Origin: Alphaproteobacteria bacterium | GTDB taxonomy: Bacteria; Pseudomonadota; Alphaproteobacteria; MPNO01 | Assembly (NCBI GenBank): GCA_965248835.1 | Contig: CBDFLJ010000001.1 | Span: 1,312,001 to 1,376,000, forward strand | Length of the DNA: 64,000 nucleotides | Direction: 5' to 3' | Part shown: positions 1 through 9,590 of the stretch, piece by piece | Layout of the letters: every line of letters begins with the position of its first letter | Position numbering within the stretch: the first letter of the stretch is position 1 | The notes under the pieces: model-generated | The model's input: only the letters and a program-made list of their open reading frames with translations | What the model was told of the DNA's origin: nothing | The model's database searches: none | Position numbers and translations under genes: made by a program

Positions 1-2
1 AA

Positions 3-239
3 ATCCGGCCGATCGAGGCGAAGGACGGCGAGGCCCAGCCGATCGCAAGGCGGCCGGTCTATTGGCGCGGCGCGGGGTGGGTCGACTGCGCGATCTGGCG
101 GCGCGAAGACCCGTCGATCGGCGCGGCCGTCGCCGGGCCGGCGATCATCGAGGAATACGGCGCGACCATCGTCGTGCCGGAGACCTGGCGGTCACGGACC
201 GACCGCTACGGGAATCTCATCCTGGAGAAGCTCCCATGA
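3..239 (+). CDS. Hydantoinase A/oxoprolinase family, C-terminal end (partial)
   Basis: Frame 3 reads ...GPAIIEEYGATIVVPETWRSRTDRYGNLILEKLP*, a typical HyuA C-terminus; ATGA overlap with next gene. Confidence 0.85.
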   Translation: MRPIEAKDGEAQPIARRPVYWRGAGWVDCAIWRREDPSIGAAVAGPAIIEEYGATIVVPETWRSRTDRYGNLILEKLP

Positions 240-2140
240 GCAGGACTCGAACGCTCGGGCCGATCGAGCTCGAGATCATCACCGGGACCATCCGCTCGGC
301 GGAGCTCGAGATCGAGGCGGCGGTCGAACGCACCGCGCGCTCGCCGATGATCCGCGACCAGCACGACTACCGGGTCGCGCTGTTCGACGCCAAGGGGCGC
401 AAGCTCACCGGGCGGTCCTATTCGGCGCTGGTCGAGCCGGTGTTCGAGTATTTCGAGCCCGACGACATCCACCCGGGCGATGTCTTCTTCTGGAACGATC
501 CCTACAACTCTTCCGGCGGGATCGGCCATATCCCGGACTTGTGCAGCACTTTGCCGATCTTCCACGACGGAAGGCTGATCGGCTTCTCCCAGGTCTTCGG
601 CCACCACGACGATGTCGGCGGCTCGGTGCCCGGCAGCCTGCCGGTCCATGCCGAGGACATGTGGACCGAGGGGCTGGTGATCCCGCCGATCAAGCTCTAC
701 GAGCGCGGCGTCGTCAACGAGGCCGCGTTCAGGATCATCGTGCGCAACTCGCGCCTGTCCGAGCATCTGCGCGGCGACCTCGATGCCGAGATCGGCGCTG
801 CGCGGCTGGGCTCCAACCGGGTCGTCGCGCTGGCCGAGCGCTATGGCGCTGATACGCTGGAGGCCGCTTTCGATGCGATGATCGCGAACTGCGCGGAGAC
901 CATCCGCCGCGAGCTCCTGCCGCGCATCCGGGACGGGGTCTACGCCTGGGAGGACTATATCGAGAACGACGGCGTCGATGCTCCGAAGCTGCATGCCATG
1001 CGGGTGACGATGACCAAGACCGCCGACAAGATCGTGCTCGACTTCACTGGCACCAGTGCCGAGGCCAAGGGGCCGATCAACTGGCCGATCGACTATTCGG
1101 ACGGCAAGTTCGTGCGCAAGTGGATGGGCCCGGTGCTGCGCTCGCTCGCCAGCTCGCCCGAGCGCGCGGCCGAGATCGACATGAACGAGGGCGTGCTCGA
1201 GGTCATCGACGTCAAGTTCCCCGGCAAGGGCACGCTGGTCACGCCCACCTTCGGCAAGGCGACCGGCATGCGGTTCTTCATCCTGCTGCGCTCGCTCGGC
1301 ATCTTCGCCGCGCTGTTGTCCAAGGCGACCGGCGGGCAGATGCCGGCCGATCACGAGACCATCCGCATCTGGGGCCTGCACGGCGGCAAGTCGGGCGATG
1401 ACTTCTTCCTGTTCCGCGAGGTGCTGGGCGGCGGCGGGCCCGGCCGGCCGTGGGCCGACGGCTCGGACGTGGTCCACATCGTGCCCAACTCGCGCAACCT
1501 GCCGGCGGAGTTCTCCGAGACCCGCTACCCGGTGATGGTCGAGAAGCTCGGGCTGGCGCAGGATTCCGGCGGTGCCGGGCTGCGCCGCGGCGGCTTCGGC
1601 TACGACAAGCGGATCAGGGTGCTGCAGCCCTGCCGGCTGCTGTCGAACGCCGACCGCGCGCTGGTCAACACCTATGGCGTCAACGGCGGCAAGCCGGGCT
1701 CGACCTATGCGATCGCCGTCGAGGCGCCTGACGGCGCGGTCAACGACCTGGCCGGCATGGTCGACAATATCGAGGTCGCCGCCGGATCGGTGGTGCGCAT
1801 CCGGACCACCGGCGGCGGCGGCTGGGGCGATCCGCTGAGCCGCGAGGCCGCGCTCGTCGCCTACGACGTCCATTGCGGCCTGGTCTCCGAGGACGCCGCG
1901 CGTGCCGATTACGGCGTGGCGGTCGTGCGCGACGGCCCGCGGGTCGCGGTCGATGAGGCCGCGACCGCCGCCCTGCGCTCGCAGCTCCGCGCCAGGCGCG
2001 GCGCACTTGCGATGTTCGACCGCGGTGCGTACGCGGCTGCCGCGCGCGCCCGCGATGGACTCGACCGGCCGGACGGCTGGGAGGACCCGGACGCGGGTTG
2101 GTGGGCCGTACCGGTTGCCGAGGCCGAGGCCGCTGAATGA
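236..2140 (+). CDS. Hydantoinase B/oxoprolinase family protein
   Basis: NDPY..GHxPD, HHDDVGG, EGLxIPP and TGGGGGWGDP motifs; ATG 236 overlaps upstream stop. Confidence 0.92.
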   Translation: MSRTRTLGPIELEIITGTIRSAELEIEAAVERTARSPMIRDQHDYRVALFDAKGRKLTGRSYSALVEPVFEYFEPDDIHPGDVFFWNDPYNSSGGIGHIPDLCSTLPIFHDGRLIGFSQVFGHHDDVGGSVPGSLPVHAEDMWTEGLVIPPIKLYERGVVNEAAFRIIVRNSRLSEHLRGDLDAEIGAARLGSNRVVALAERYGADTLEAAFDAMIANCAETIRRELLPRIRDGVYAWEDYIENDGVDAPKLHAMRVTMTKTADKIVLDFTGTSAEAKGPINWPIDYSDGKFVRKWMGPVLRSLASSPERAAEIDMNEGVLEVIDVKFPGKGTLVTPTFGKATGMRFFILLRSLGIFAALLSKATGGQMPADHETIRIWGLHGGKSGDDFFLFREVLGGGGPGRPWADGSDVVHIVPNSRNLPAEFSETRYPVMVEKLGLAQDSGGAGLRRGGFGYDKRIRVLQPCRLLSNADRALVNTYGVNGGKPGSTYAIAVEAPDGAVNDLAGMVDNIEVAAGSVVRIRTTGGGGWGDPLSREAALVAYDVHCGLVSEDAARADYGVAVVRDGPRVAVDEAATAALRSQLRARRGALAMFDRGAYAAAARARDGLDRPDGWEDPDAGWWAVPVAEAEAAE

Positions 2141-3003
2141 AGCCGGCGCTGTTCGACTACCTCGCTCCGGAGACGGTGGCCGAAGCGGTCGCAGCCCTTG
2201 CGGCCGAACCGAACGCCCGCCCGCTGGCCGGCGGCCAGAGCCTGATCCCCACCATGAATTTCCGGCTGGCGAGCCCCGCCATGCTGGTCGACCTCCGCAA
2301 GATCGCCGGCCTGCGCGGGATCACCGTGGCCGGGCGGGAAATCCGCGTCGGGGCGATGACCCGCCACCGCGATCTCGAGACCCATCTCGGCGCCAACCGG
2401 GCCAACCCGCTGATCGCCGAGGTGATGGCCAACGTCGCCCACATCGCGATCCGCAACCGCGGCACGGTCGGCGGCAGTATCGCGCATGCCGATTCCGCGG
2501 CCGAACTGCCCTGCATGCTGGTCGCGACCGGCGGGGCGGTGCGCGCGACCGGCCCGGACGGCGAGCGGACGGTGGCCGCCGACGGGTTGTTCAGCTTCCA
2601 CATGACCACCACGCTCGAACAGGCCGAGCTGCTGACCGAGGTCAGCATCCCGGTGCTGCCGCCGGCGACCGGATATGCGTTCGAGGAATTCGCCAGGCGC
2701 CGCGGCGACTACGCGCTGGCCGGCGTGTGCGCGCTGATCACCCTGGGTGAGGGCGGGGTCTGCACCGAGGCCCGGCTCGCCGGGTGCGGCATCGGCTCCC
2801 GGCCGGTCCGGCTTGCCGCGGCCGAAGACGCGCTGCGCGGCAAGCCGGTCGGCGAAGCTGCGCTCGAAGCCGCGGGCGAGGCCGCCAAGGAATACGTGAC
2901 CGCGCCCGGCGACCTGCAGGCGAGCGAGGCCTATCGCAAGGACCTGCTGGCCGCCCTGGTTCGCCGCACCGCGGCGCGTGCGGCGGTGCGGGCCGGGGGT
3001 TGA
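2137..3003 (+). CDS. Mo-hydroxylase FAD subunit (CoxM/CutM-like)
   Basis: MKPALFDY, AGGQSL, IRNRGTVGGS, RRRGDYA. Confidence 0.93.
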   Translation: MKPALFDYLAPETVAEAVAALAAEPNARPLAGGQSLIPTMNFRLASPAMLVDLRKIAGLRGITVAGREIRVGAMTRHRDLETHLGANRANPLIAEVMANVAHIAIRNRGTVGGSIAHADSAAELPCMLVATGGAVRATGPDGERTVAADGLFSFHMTTTLEQAELLTEVSIPVLPPATGYAFEEFARRRGDYALAGVCALITLGEGGVCTEARLAGCGIGSRPVRLAAAEDALRGKPVGEAALEAAGEAAKEYVTAPGDLQASEAYRKDLLAALVRRTAARAAVRAGG

Positions 3004-3007
3004 GCCG

Positions 3008-3544
3008 ATGGCGAAGTCCGTTCGCGACAAGCCGATCCCGTCGGCCTCGTCCGATCCCAGGCACCAGGTCACCGTGACCGTCAACGGCCAGACGGTGACC
3101 CGGGCGGTCAGCCCGCGCATGCTGCTGTCCGACTTCATCCGCCACGAGCTCGGGCTGACCGGCACCCATGTCGGCTGCGAGCACGGTGTCTGCGGCTGCT
3201 GCACGGTGATTATCGACGGCCGCGCCGGACGGTCGTGCCTGACGTTCGCGGTCCAGGCCGACGGTGCGGCGCTGCGCACCATCGAGGGCGTGGCCGCCCC
3301 CGACGGCACGCTGCACCCCTTGCAGCAGGCGTTCATGGAATGCCACGCGCTGCAATGCGGCTACTGCACGCCGGGCTTCGTGATGGCGATCCTGAGCTAT
3401 CTGGAGGAGACGCCTGCGCCGGATCTGTCCGAGGCGGCGATCCGCGAGGTGCTGGCCGGCAATCTGTGCCGCTGCACCGGCTACAAGAACATCGTCAAGG
3501 CGTTCCGCCGCGGGGTCGAGCTGATCGGCGCCCGCCCGGGCTGA
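3008..3544 (+). CDS. Mo-hydroxylase 2Fe-2S subunit (CoxS-like)
   Basis: GCEHGVCGCC, QCGYCTPG, NLCRCTGY. Confidence 0.93.
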   Translation: MAKSVRDKPIPSASSDPRHQVTVTVNGQTVTRAVSPRMLLSDFIRHELGLTGTHVGCEHGVCGCCTVIIDGRAGRSCLTFAVQADGAALRTIEGVAAPDGTLHPLQQAFMECHALQCGYCTPGFVMAILSYLEETPAPDLSEAAIREVLAGNLCRCTGYKNIVKAFRRGVELIGARPG

Positions 3545-3557
3545 GGGAAGCGATACG

Positions 3558-5957
3558 ATGTCGACAAGACAGTTCGGCGAGCCGGTCCAGCGCAACGCCG
3601 ACCCGGCGCTGCTCAAGGGCGAGGGCACGTTCATCGACGACATCGCGCTGCCCGGCGCCCTGCACGCAGCCTTCGTCCGCAGCGCCCACGCACGGGCGCG
3701 GATAAGGTCGATCGACACCGCCGCCGCGCAGGCGCTGCCCGATGTGGTCGCGGTCTATACCGCCGAAGATCTCGGCGCGCTCGATGTCGTGCTGCCGATG
3801 CTGATCCCCCATCCCTGCATCACCGGCGGCGGCAAGACCCAGCGGCCGCTGGCGCGCGATGACGTCTTCTATGTCGGCCAATGCATCGCCATGGTGGTCG
3901 CACTCGACCGCTACACCGCCGAGGACGCCTGCGGGCTGGTCGTGGTCGACTACGAGCCGCTGCCGGTCGAGCTCGACCTGGAGAAGGCGGTCGCGGGCGG
4001 GGCGCCGCTTGTCCATGAGGATATCCCCGACAACATCGCCGCCCACTTCGTCCAGCAATCGGGCAACGCCGAGGAGGCCTTCGCCAGGGCCGAGCACGTC
4101 ACCACGCTCAAGGTCCGGATCGAGCGCTCGACCGCCGCGCCCATGGAGTGCCGAGCCATCGCCGCGCGCTGGGACGCGGTCTCGGGCGATCTCACGGTCT
4201 GGGACTCGACCCAGGCGACCATCTCGGTGCGCGGCGGGCTCGCCTCGTTGTTCGGGATCGACGAGGACAAGGTCCGGGTCGTCGCGCCCAATGTCGGCGG
4301 CGGGTTCGGCCAGAAGATCATGATGTTCCACCCCGACGAGATCGTCGTGCCCTATGCCGCGATGCAGCTCGGCCGGCCGGTGAAATATATCGAGGACCGG
4401 GTCGAGAACTTCATCGGCGCCTCACAGGAGCGTGCGCAGATCCATGAGATCTCGCTTGCGGCCCTGAAGGACGGCACGGTCCTGGGCCTGCGCGATTCCT
4501 TTCTCCACGATACCGGCGCCTTCATCCCTTACGGCATCGCGGTTGCCCAGGTTGCCTCGACCTCGATCGCCGGCCCCTACCGGATCCCCGACATCTGGAT
4601 CGCGTTCACCGCCGTCTACACGCCCTGCGTCCAGGTCACGCCCTATCGCGGCTGCGGCCGGCCGCAGGCCTGTTTCGCGATCGAGCGCGCGATGGATCAG
4701 CTCGCCGACGAGCTCGGGATCGACCGGGCCGAGATCCGGCGGCGCAATTTCATCGCTCCGGATCAGTTCCCCTACAAGCGCGAAGGGCTGCTGTTCGCCG
4801 ACGGGCTGGCGGTCAACTACGATTCGGGCGAGTACGCCAAGGCGCTCGATCTGATCGCCGAGACCATCGATCTCGAGGCCTTCCGCGCCGAGCAGGAACG
4901 CGCGCGCGCAGCCGGGCGCTATCTCGGCTTCGGGCTCGGCTTCTATGTCGAGGGCACCGGGCTCGGCCCTTACGAGGGCGGCCGCGTCAAGGTCCACCCG
5001 ATCACCGGAAAAGTCTATGTCAACACCGGCCTGACCAGCCAGGGTCAGGGCCATGAGACCGTCTTCGCCCAGATCGTCGCCGACCAGGTGGGCTGCGCGG
5101 TGACCGACGTGATCTTCGTGGAGGGCGACACCCAGGCCTACGAATGGGGCGTGGCGACATTTGCCAGCCGGGCCGCGGTGGTCAGCGGCAACGCGATCCA
5201 CAAGGCGGCCGTCATGGCGCGCGGACAGATCATCGAGGCCGCTTCCAACATGCTGGAGGCCGATCCGGCATCGATCGAGTTGCGCGACGGCGCCGCGTGG
5301 ATCATCGGCGGCAACCGCTCGGTCACCTTGGCGACCATCGCGACCGCATCGAACCCCCTGCGCTATGCCTTCAACGAGGCCTCCCAGGCCGCGACCCAGT
5401 TCGCGCCGGCCTCCAGGCACGACGGCCCGCCTCTGGCCGAGGGCAGCCATCCGGGGATCGAGGCGACCGCCTATTTCAGCCCCAGCCACGCGACATGGGC
5501 CTACGGCGTGCATGCCGCGATCATCGCGTTCGACGCCCAGACGTGCGCGATGGACATCAAGCGCTATGTCTGCATCCACGACTGCGGCAACATGATCAAC
5601 CCGATGATCGTCGACGGCCAGGTGATGGGCGGCATCGGCCAGGGCATCGGCGGCGCGTTCTACGAGCGCTGCGCGTTCGATGAGAACGGCACGCCGCTGG
5701 CGGCCAACTTCATGGATTTCCTGATGCCCTACGCGACCGAGGTGCCCAATGCCGAAATCCTCCACATGCAGACGCCCTCGCCGCTCAACCCTCTGGGCAT
5801 CAAGGGGGTGGGCGAGGCCGGCACCATCCCGGTCGCCCAGGTCGTGGCCTCGGCGATGGAGGATGCGTTCGCGCCCTTGGGCATCGCCCCGGTCCGGGAA
5901 TCGCCGATGTCGCCCAACATGATCCACGCGCTGCTCGCCGAGGCGCGCGGCGGCTGA
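3558..5957 (+). CDS. Mo-hydroxylase molybdopterin large subunit (CoxL/CutL-like, not form I CODH)
   Basis: VGGGFG, QGQGHET, KGVGE; active-site loop PYRGCGR. Confidence 0.92.
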   Translation: MSTRQFGEPVQRNADPALLKGEGTFIDDIALPGALHAAFVRSAHARARIRSIDTAAAQALPDVVAVYTAEDLGALDVVLPMLIPHPCITGGGKTQRPLARDDVFYVGQCIAMVVALDRYTAEDACGLVVVDYEPLPVELDLEKAVAGGAPLVHEDIPDNIAAHFVQQSGNAEEAFARAEHVTTLKVRIERSTAAPMECRAIAARWDAVSGDLTVWDSTQATISVRGGLASLFGIDEDKVRVVAPNVGGGFGQKIMMFHPDEIVVPYAAMQLGRPVKYIEDRVENFIGASQERAQIHEISLAALKDGTVLGLRDSFLHDTGAFIPYGIAVAQVASTSIAGPYRIPDIWIAFTAVYTPCVQVTPYRGCGRPQACFAIERAMDQLADELGIDRAEIRRRNFIAPDQFPYKREGLLFADGLAVNYDSGEYAKALDLIAETIDLEAFRAEQERARAAGRYLGFGLGFYVEGTGLGPYEGGRVKVHPITGKVYVNTGLTSQGQGHETVFAQIVADQVGCAVTDVIFVEGDTQAYEWGVATFASRAAVVSGNAIHKAAVMARGQIIEAASNMLEADPASIELRDGAAWIIGGNRSVTLATIATASNPLRYAFNEASQAATQFAPASRHDGPPLAEGSHPGIEATAYFSPSHATWAYGVHAAIIAFDAQTCAMDIKRYVCIHDCGNMINPMIVDGQVMGGIGQGIGGAFYERCAFDENGTPLAANFMDFLMPYATEVPNAEILHMQTPSPLNPLGIKGVGEAGTIPVAQVVASAMEDAFAPLGIAPVRESPMSPNMIHALLAEARGG

Positions 5958-5958
5958 G

Positions 5959-6738
5959 ATGGAGGTCCGCCTCGCGCACATGACCTATGACGAGGTCCGC
6001 GAGGCGATCGCGGCAAAGAAACTGGTCATCGTGCCGACCGGGGCCACCGAGTCCCACGGCCCCCATATGCCGTGCGATACCGACACCCACCAGGCCGACT
6101 ACATGGCCGTCGCGCTGGCCCGGCGGGTCGACGCGGTGGTCGCGCCCGCGATCCCCTATGCGGTGTCGAAAACCTTCGAGCATTTCCCGGGCACGATCTC
6201 GCTGTCGATCCCGACCTATCAGGAACTGGTCTACGAGGTCGGCGCGGCGCTGATCAGGCAGGGTTTCGCCGACCTCCTGATCCTCAACGGCAACCGCCCC
6301 AACGGGACCTCGAACGACGCCGTGGCGCGCCGGCTGATCGACGATCTGGACCGCGACTTCGACTTCCAGGTCACCGCGGTGAGCTACTGGGAGCCGGGCG
6401 CGGCGGCCGTCAACGCGCTGCGCAAATCGGCGGTCGGCGGCATGGGCCACGGCGGGGAGTTCGAGACCTCATTCCAGCTCGCCACACGCCCCGAGCTGGT
6501 CAAGATGGACCGGATCGAGGGTATCCATACCCCGCTGGTCGGCTGGGACCTCGTCGCCCCGGTCGAGCCCTCGCGCACCTACCGCCGCCGCCCGAACCCG
6601 GCCAGCAACCATGCCTCGATCTTCGGCGACCCGCATGCCGCATCCGCCGAGCAGGGCCGGGCGCTGGTTGCCGCCGCCATCGACGCCCTGGTCGAGATGA
6701 TCCGCAACCTGCGCCCTGCCTACGAGGAGCGGCAATAG
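5959..6738 (+). CDS. Creatininase/MftE family amidohydrolase
   Basis: GATESHGPH..DTD, FPGTISL, HGGEFETS. Confidence 0.85.
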   Translation: MEVRLAHMTYDEVREAIAAKKLVIVPTGATESHGPHMPCDTDTHQADYMAVALARRVDAVVAPAIPYAVSKTFEHFPGTISLSIPTYQELVYEVGAALIRQGFADLLILNGNRPNGTSNDAVARRLIDDLDRDFDFQVTAVSYWEPGAAAVNALRKSAVGGMGHGGEFETSFQLATRPELVKMDRIEGIHTPLVGWDLVAPVEPSRTYRRRPNPASNHASIFGDPHAASAEQGRALVAAAIDALVEMIRNLRPAYEERQ

Positions 6739-6805
6739 CGCTGCCGGCAGGGCGATCGCCCCGCGCGACGGGGCACGGCCCGACAACGGGCCGCGAGGAC
6801 TCCGT

Positions 6806-6847
6806 TTGACAGCTCCGCAGAGCTTTTCTACGGTTCGGTCTCCGAAC
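6806..6847 (+). promoter_or_regulatory. Sigma70-like promoter with overlapping palindromic operator
   Basis: TTGACA(6806)-N17-TACGGT; GTTCGG-TCT-CCGAAC at 6833-6847. Confidence 0.6.
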
Positions 6848-6916
6848 ATGACACCGCGAAGCGGGAAGCGGATGAGCGGGGTGCGGGCGCGGCCCGGAAA
6901 AGGGGGAGACAGGGAT

Positions 6917-8002
6917 ATGATGTTCAGGACAGTTCTGGCCGGGGCCGCCGCGATGGCGCTGGCGCTCGGTGCGGCCGGCACCGCCGGGGCCGCCTTCAAG
7001 CTCAAGGGCGAGCCGCGGGTTGCCTTCGTCTACTTCAACGTCAAGAACGACGGCGGCTGGACCCAGGCGATCGACGAGGCCCGTGTCAGGGTCGAGAACA
7101 AGCTCGGCTGGAAGATCCCCTATGCCGAGAAGGTGCCTGAGAAATCCTCGGCCATCCGCCCCGTGGTCGAGCGCTTCATCCGCCGCGGCTTCAACATCAT
7201 CAACGGCTCGGCCTTCGGCTATTCGGACACCTTCAAGGAGCTCGCCAAGGAGTATCCCGAGGTTGCCTTCGTCAACCCGGCCGGCATCACCAACGGGGTG
7301 AACCTGCAGTCCTATTACGGCCGCACCTATGAGAGCCAGTATCTGTGCGGCATGGTCGCCGGCGCGATGACCAAATCGAACAAGCTCGGCTTCGTTGCCG
7401 CCCACCCGCTGGGGCTGGTGACCTGGACGGTCAACGCCTTCGCGCTCGGCGCCCAGGCGGTCAACCCCAAGGCGACGCTCAACGTGGTCTATACCGGCTC
7501 GTGGTACGACCCGGTCAAGGAACGCGCGACCGCGCTTGCCCTGATCGAGCGCGGCATCGACGTGATCGGCCAACATGTCGACACCCCGGCGGTCCAGGTC
7601 GCGGCCCAGGAGAAGGGCGTCTGGGGGACCGGCCACCACCGCGACATGAGCGAGTTCGCGCCTAAGGCGACGCTGTGCTCCTCGGTCTGGGTGTGGGATC
7701 GCTTCCTGATCCCGCTCTACAAGGAGATCTCCGGCGGTGCCTGGAAGACCAAGCCCTATGGCGAGTTCGTCGGCCTCAAGCACGGCGGTGCCGACATCGC
7801 GTGCTGCAACGCAATCGTGCCCAAACAGGTGGTCGACAAGGTCATGGCCGCGCGCCAGAAGATCGTCGACGGCTGGCACGTCTATACCGGCCCGATCCAG
7901 GACAATGCGGGCAAGACGGTCATCCCGGCCGGCAAGACGCCGAGCGACGCCGATCTGTGGGGCATGAAGTATCTCGTCAAGGGCGTCATCGGCCAGCTCT
8001 GA
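6917..8002 (+). CDS. BMP family (nucleoside/purine-type) ABC substrate-binding protein
   Basis: Signal peptide; DGGWTQA, YLCGMVAG, NAFALGA, WYDPVKE. Confidence 0.9.
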   Translation: MMFRTVLAGAAAMALALGAAGTAGAAFKLKGEPRVAFVYFNVKNDGGWTQAIDEARVRVENKLGWKIPYAEKVPEKSSAIRPVVERFIRRGFNIINGSAFGYSDTFKELAKEYPEVAFVNPAGITNGVNLQSYYGRTYESQYLCGMVAGAMTKSNKLGFVAAHPLGLVTWTVNAFALGAQAVNPKATLNVVYTGSWYDPVKERATALALIERGIDVIGQHVDTPAVQVAAQEKGVWGTGHHRDMSEFAPKATLCSSVWVWDRFLIPLYKEISGGAWKTKPYGEFVGLKHGGADIACCNAIVPKQVVDKVMAARQKIVDGWHVYTGPIQDNAGKTVIPAGKTPSDADLWGMKYLVKGVIGQL

Positions 8003-8093
8003 GCCGCCGCCCGGACGACACCCGACCCGTGCCCGGCCGGAATCCTTCCGGCCGGGCTGTGCCCCTGCGCCGCCGCTCGATGGAGCATCACCG

Positions 8094-9590
8094 ATGACCG
8101 TCGCGCTCGACCTGAGCGGGGTCACCAAGGATTTCGACGGGCTCAAGGCGCTGGACGAGGCGTGGTTCAGGCTGGAATACGGCGAGGTCCACGCGCTCCT
8201 GGGCGAGAACGGCGCCGGCAAGTCCTCGCTGATGAACGTCGCCTGCGGGCTCTACCTGCCCGATGAGGGCCGTATCGCGCTCGACGGCGCCGCGGTCGCG
8301 ATCGAAGGCCCGGCCCATGCACGCGCGCTCGGCATCGGCATGGTGCACCAGCATTTCAAGCTGGTCCGGCCGTTCACCGTTGCCGAGAACGTGATGCTCG
8401 CGAACCCCGCACCGGGGTCCTGGTCGCGCGGGATCGAGCGGATTGCCGGCCAGATCCGCCGCTACGGCGAGGATCTCGGCTTCCCGCTCGACCCGCACGC
8501 CCGCATCGATGCGATCTCGGTGGCCGAGCAGCAACGGGTCGAGATCATCAAGGTGCTGATTGGCGGGGCGCGTATCCTGATCCTCGATGAGCCGACGGCA
8601 GTGCTGACCGACGAGCAGGCCGACCGCCTGCTGAGCCTGGTGCGCGACATCGCCCGCCAGGGCTCGGCGGTGGTGCTGATCACCCACAAGCTGCGCGAGG
8701 TGCACGCGTTCGCCGACCGGGTGACGATCATGCGTGGCGGGCGCACGGTCGCCGCCGAGACCCCGGCCGCGCTGTCGAGCGAGCGGATGACCGAACTCAT
8801 GGTCGGCTCCGCGCCCCGCGACGACGCTCCGCGGGCCGGCCATGTCGGCGGCGTGCGCCTGGCGATCGCGGCTCTCGAAGCCGCCAACGCCGACGGCCCG
8901 CCGACGCTGGCCGGCGTCAGCCTTTCGGTCCGCGGCGGCGAGATCTACGGCATTGCCGGCGTCGGCGGCAATGGCCAGACCGAGCTCGCCGAGATCCTGC
9001 TCGGGGTCCGCCGCGCCTCGGCCGGCGGAATCGCGCTCGACGGGGTCGAGATCGGCCGCGCTCATCCGCGCCGCCGCCGCCGCGCGGGGCTGGCCAGCAT
9101 CCCCGCCGACCGCTACGTCCTGGGGCTCGCCGCCGATCTGACGGTGAGCGAGAACTACGCCCTGTCCGGCCTGGAGGCAGGCAGGTATGGCCGCTTGTGG
9201 GTCTCCGGCACCGCGATGGCCGAGGATACCGCAGCGGCGATCGAGGCCTTCGAGATCCAGGGCGCAGCCCCGCCCACCCGCTCGCGCCTGCTGTCGGGCG
9301 GCAACGCGCAGAAGCTGGTGCTGGCGCGCGAACTGTCGGGCGACGCCGGCGTGCTGGTCGCCCATTCGCCCACCCGCGGTCTCGACGTGCGCGCGTGTGC
9401 GGCGGTCCACGCTCATCTGCGCCGGGCGCGCGATTCCGGGGCCGCGGTGCTCCTGATCAGCGAAGACCTTGACGAGGTGCTCGACCTGTCCGACCGCATC
9501 GGCGTGCTGAACCGCGGGCGAATCGTCGGCGCGTTCGACCGGCCCGCCGACCGCCAGGCCGTCGGCCGGCTGATGGTCGATCATGCCTGA
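8094..9590 (+). CDS. CUT2-type ABC ATP-binding protein (two NBDs)
   Basis: GENGAGKS, LDEPT, LSGGNAQK, PTRGLD. Confidence 0.93.
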   Translation: MTVALDLSGVTKDFDGLKALDEAWFRLEYGEVHALLGENGAGKSSLMNVACGLYLPDEGRIALDGAAVAIEGPAHARALGIGMVHQHFKLVRPFTVAENVMLANPAPGSWSRGIERIAGQIRRYGEDLGFPLDPHARIDAISVAEQQRVEIIKVLIGGARILILDEPTAVLTDEQADRLLSLVRDIARQGSAVVLITHKLREVHAFADRVTIMRGGRTVAAETPAALSSERMTELMVGSAPRDDAPRAGHVGGVRLAIAALEAANADGPPTLAGVSLSVRGGEIYGIAGVGGNGQTELAEILLGVRRASAGGIALDGVEIGRAHPRRRRRAGLASIPADRYVLGLAADLTVSENYALSGLEAGRYGRLWVSGTAMAEDTAAAIEAFEIQGAAPPTRSRLLSGGNAQKLVLARELSGDAGVLVAHSPTRGLDVRACAAVHAHLRRARDSGAAVLLISEDLDEVLDLSDRIGVLNRGRIVGAFDRPADRQAVGRLMVDHA

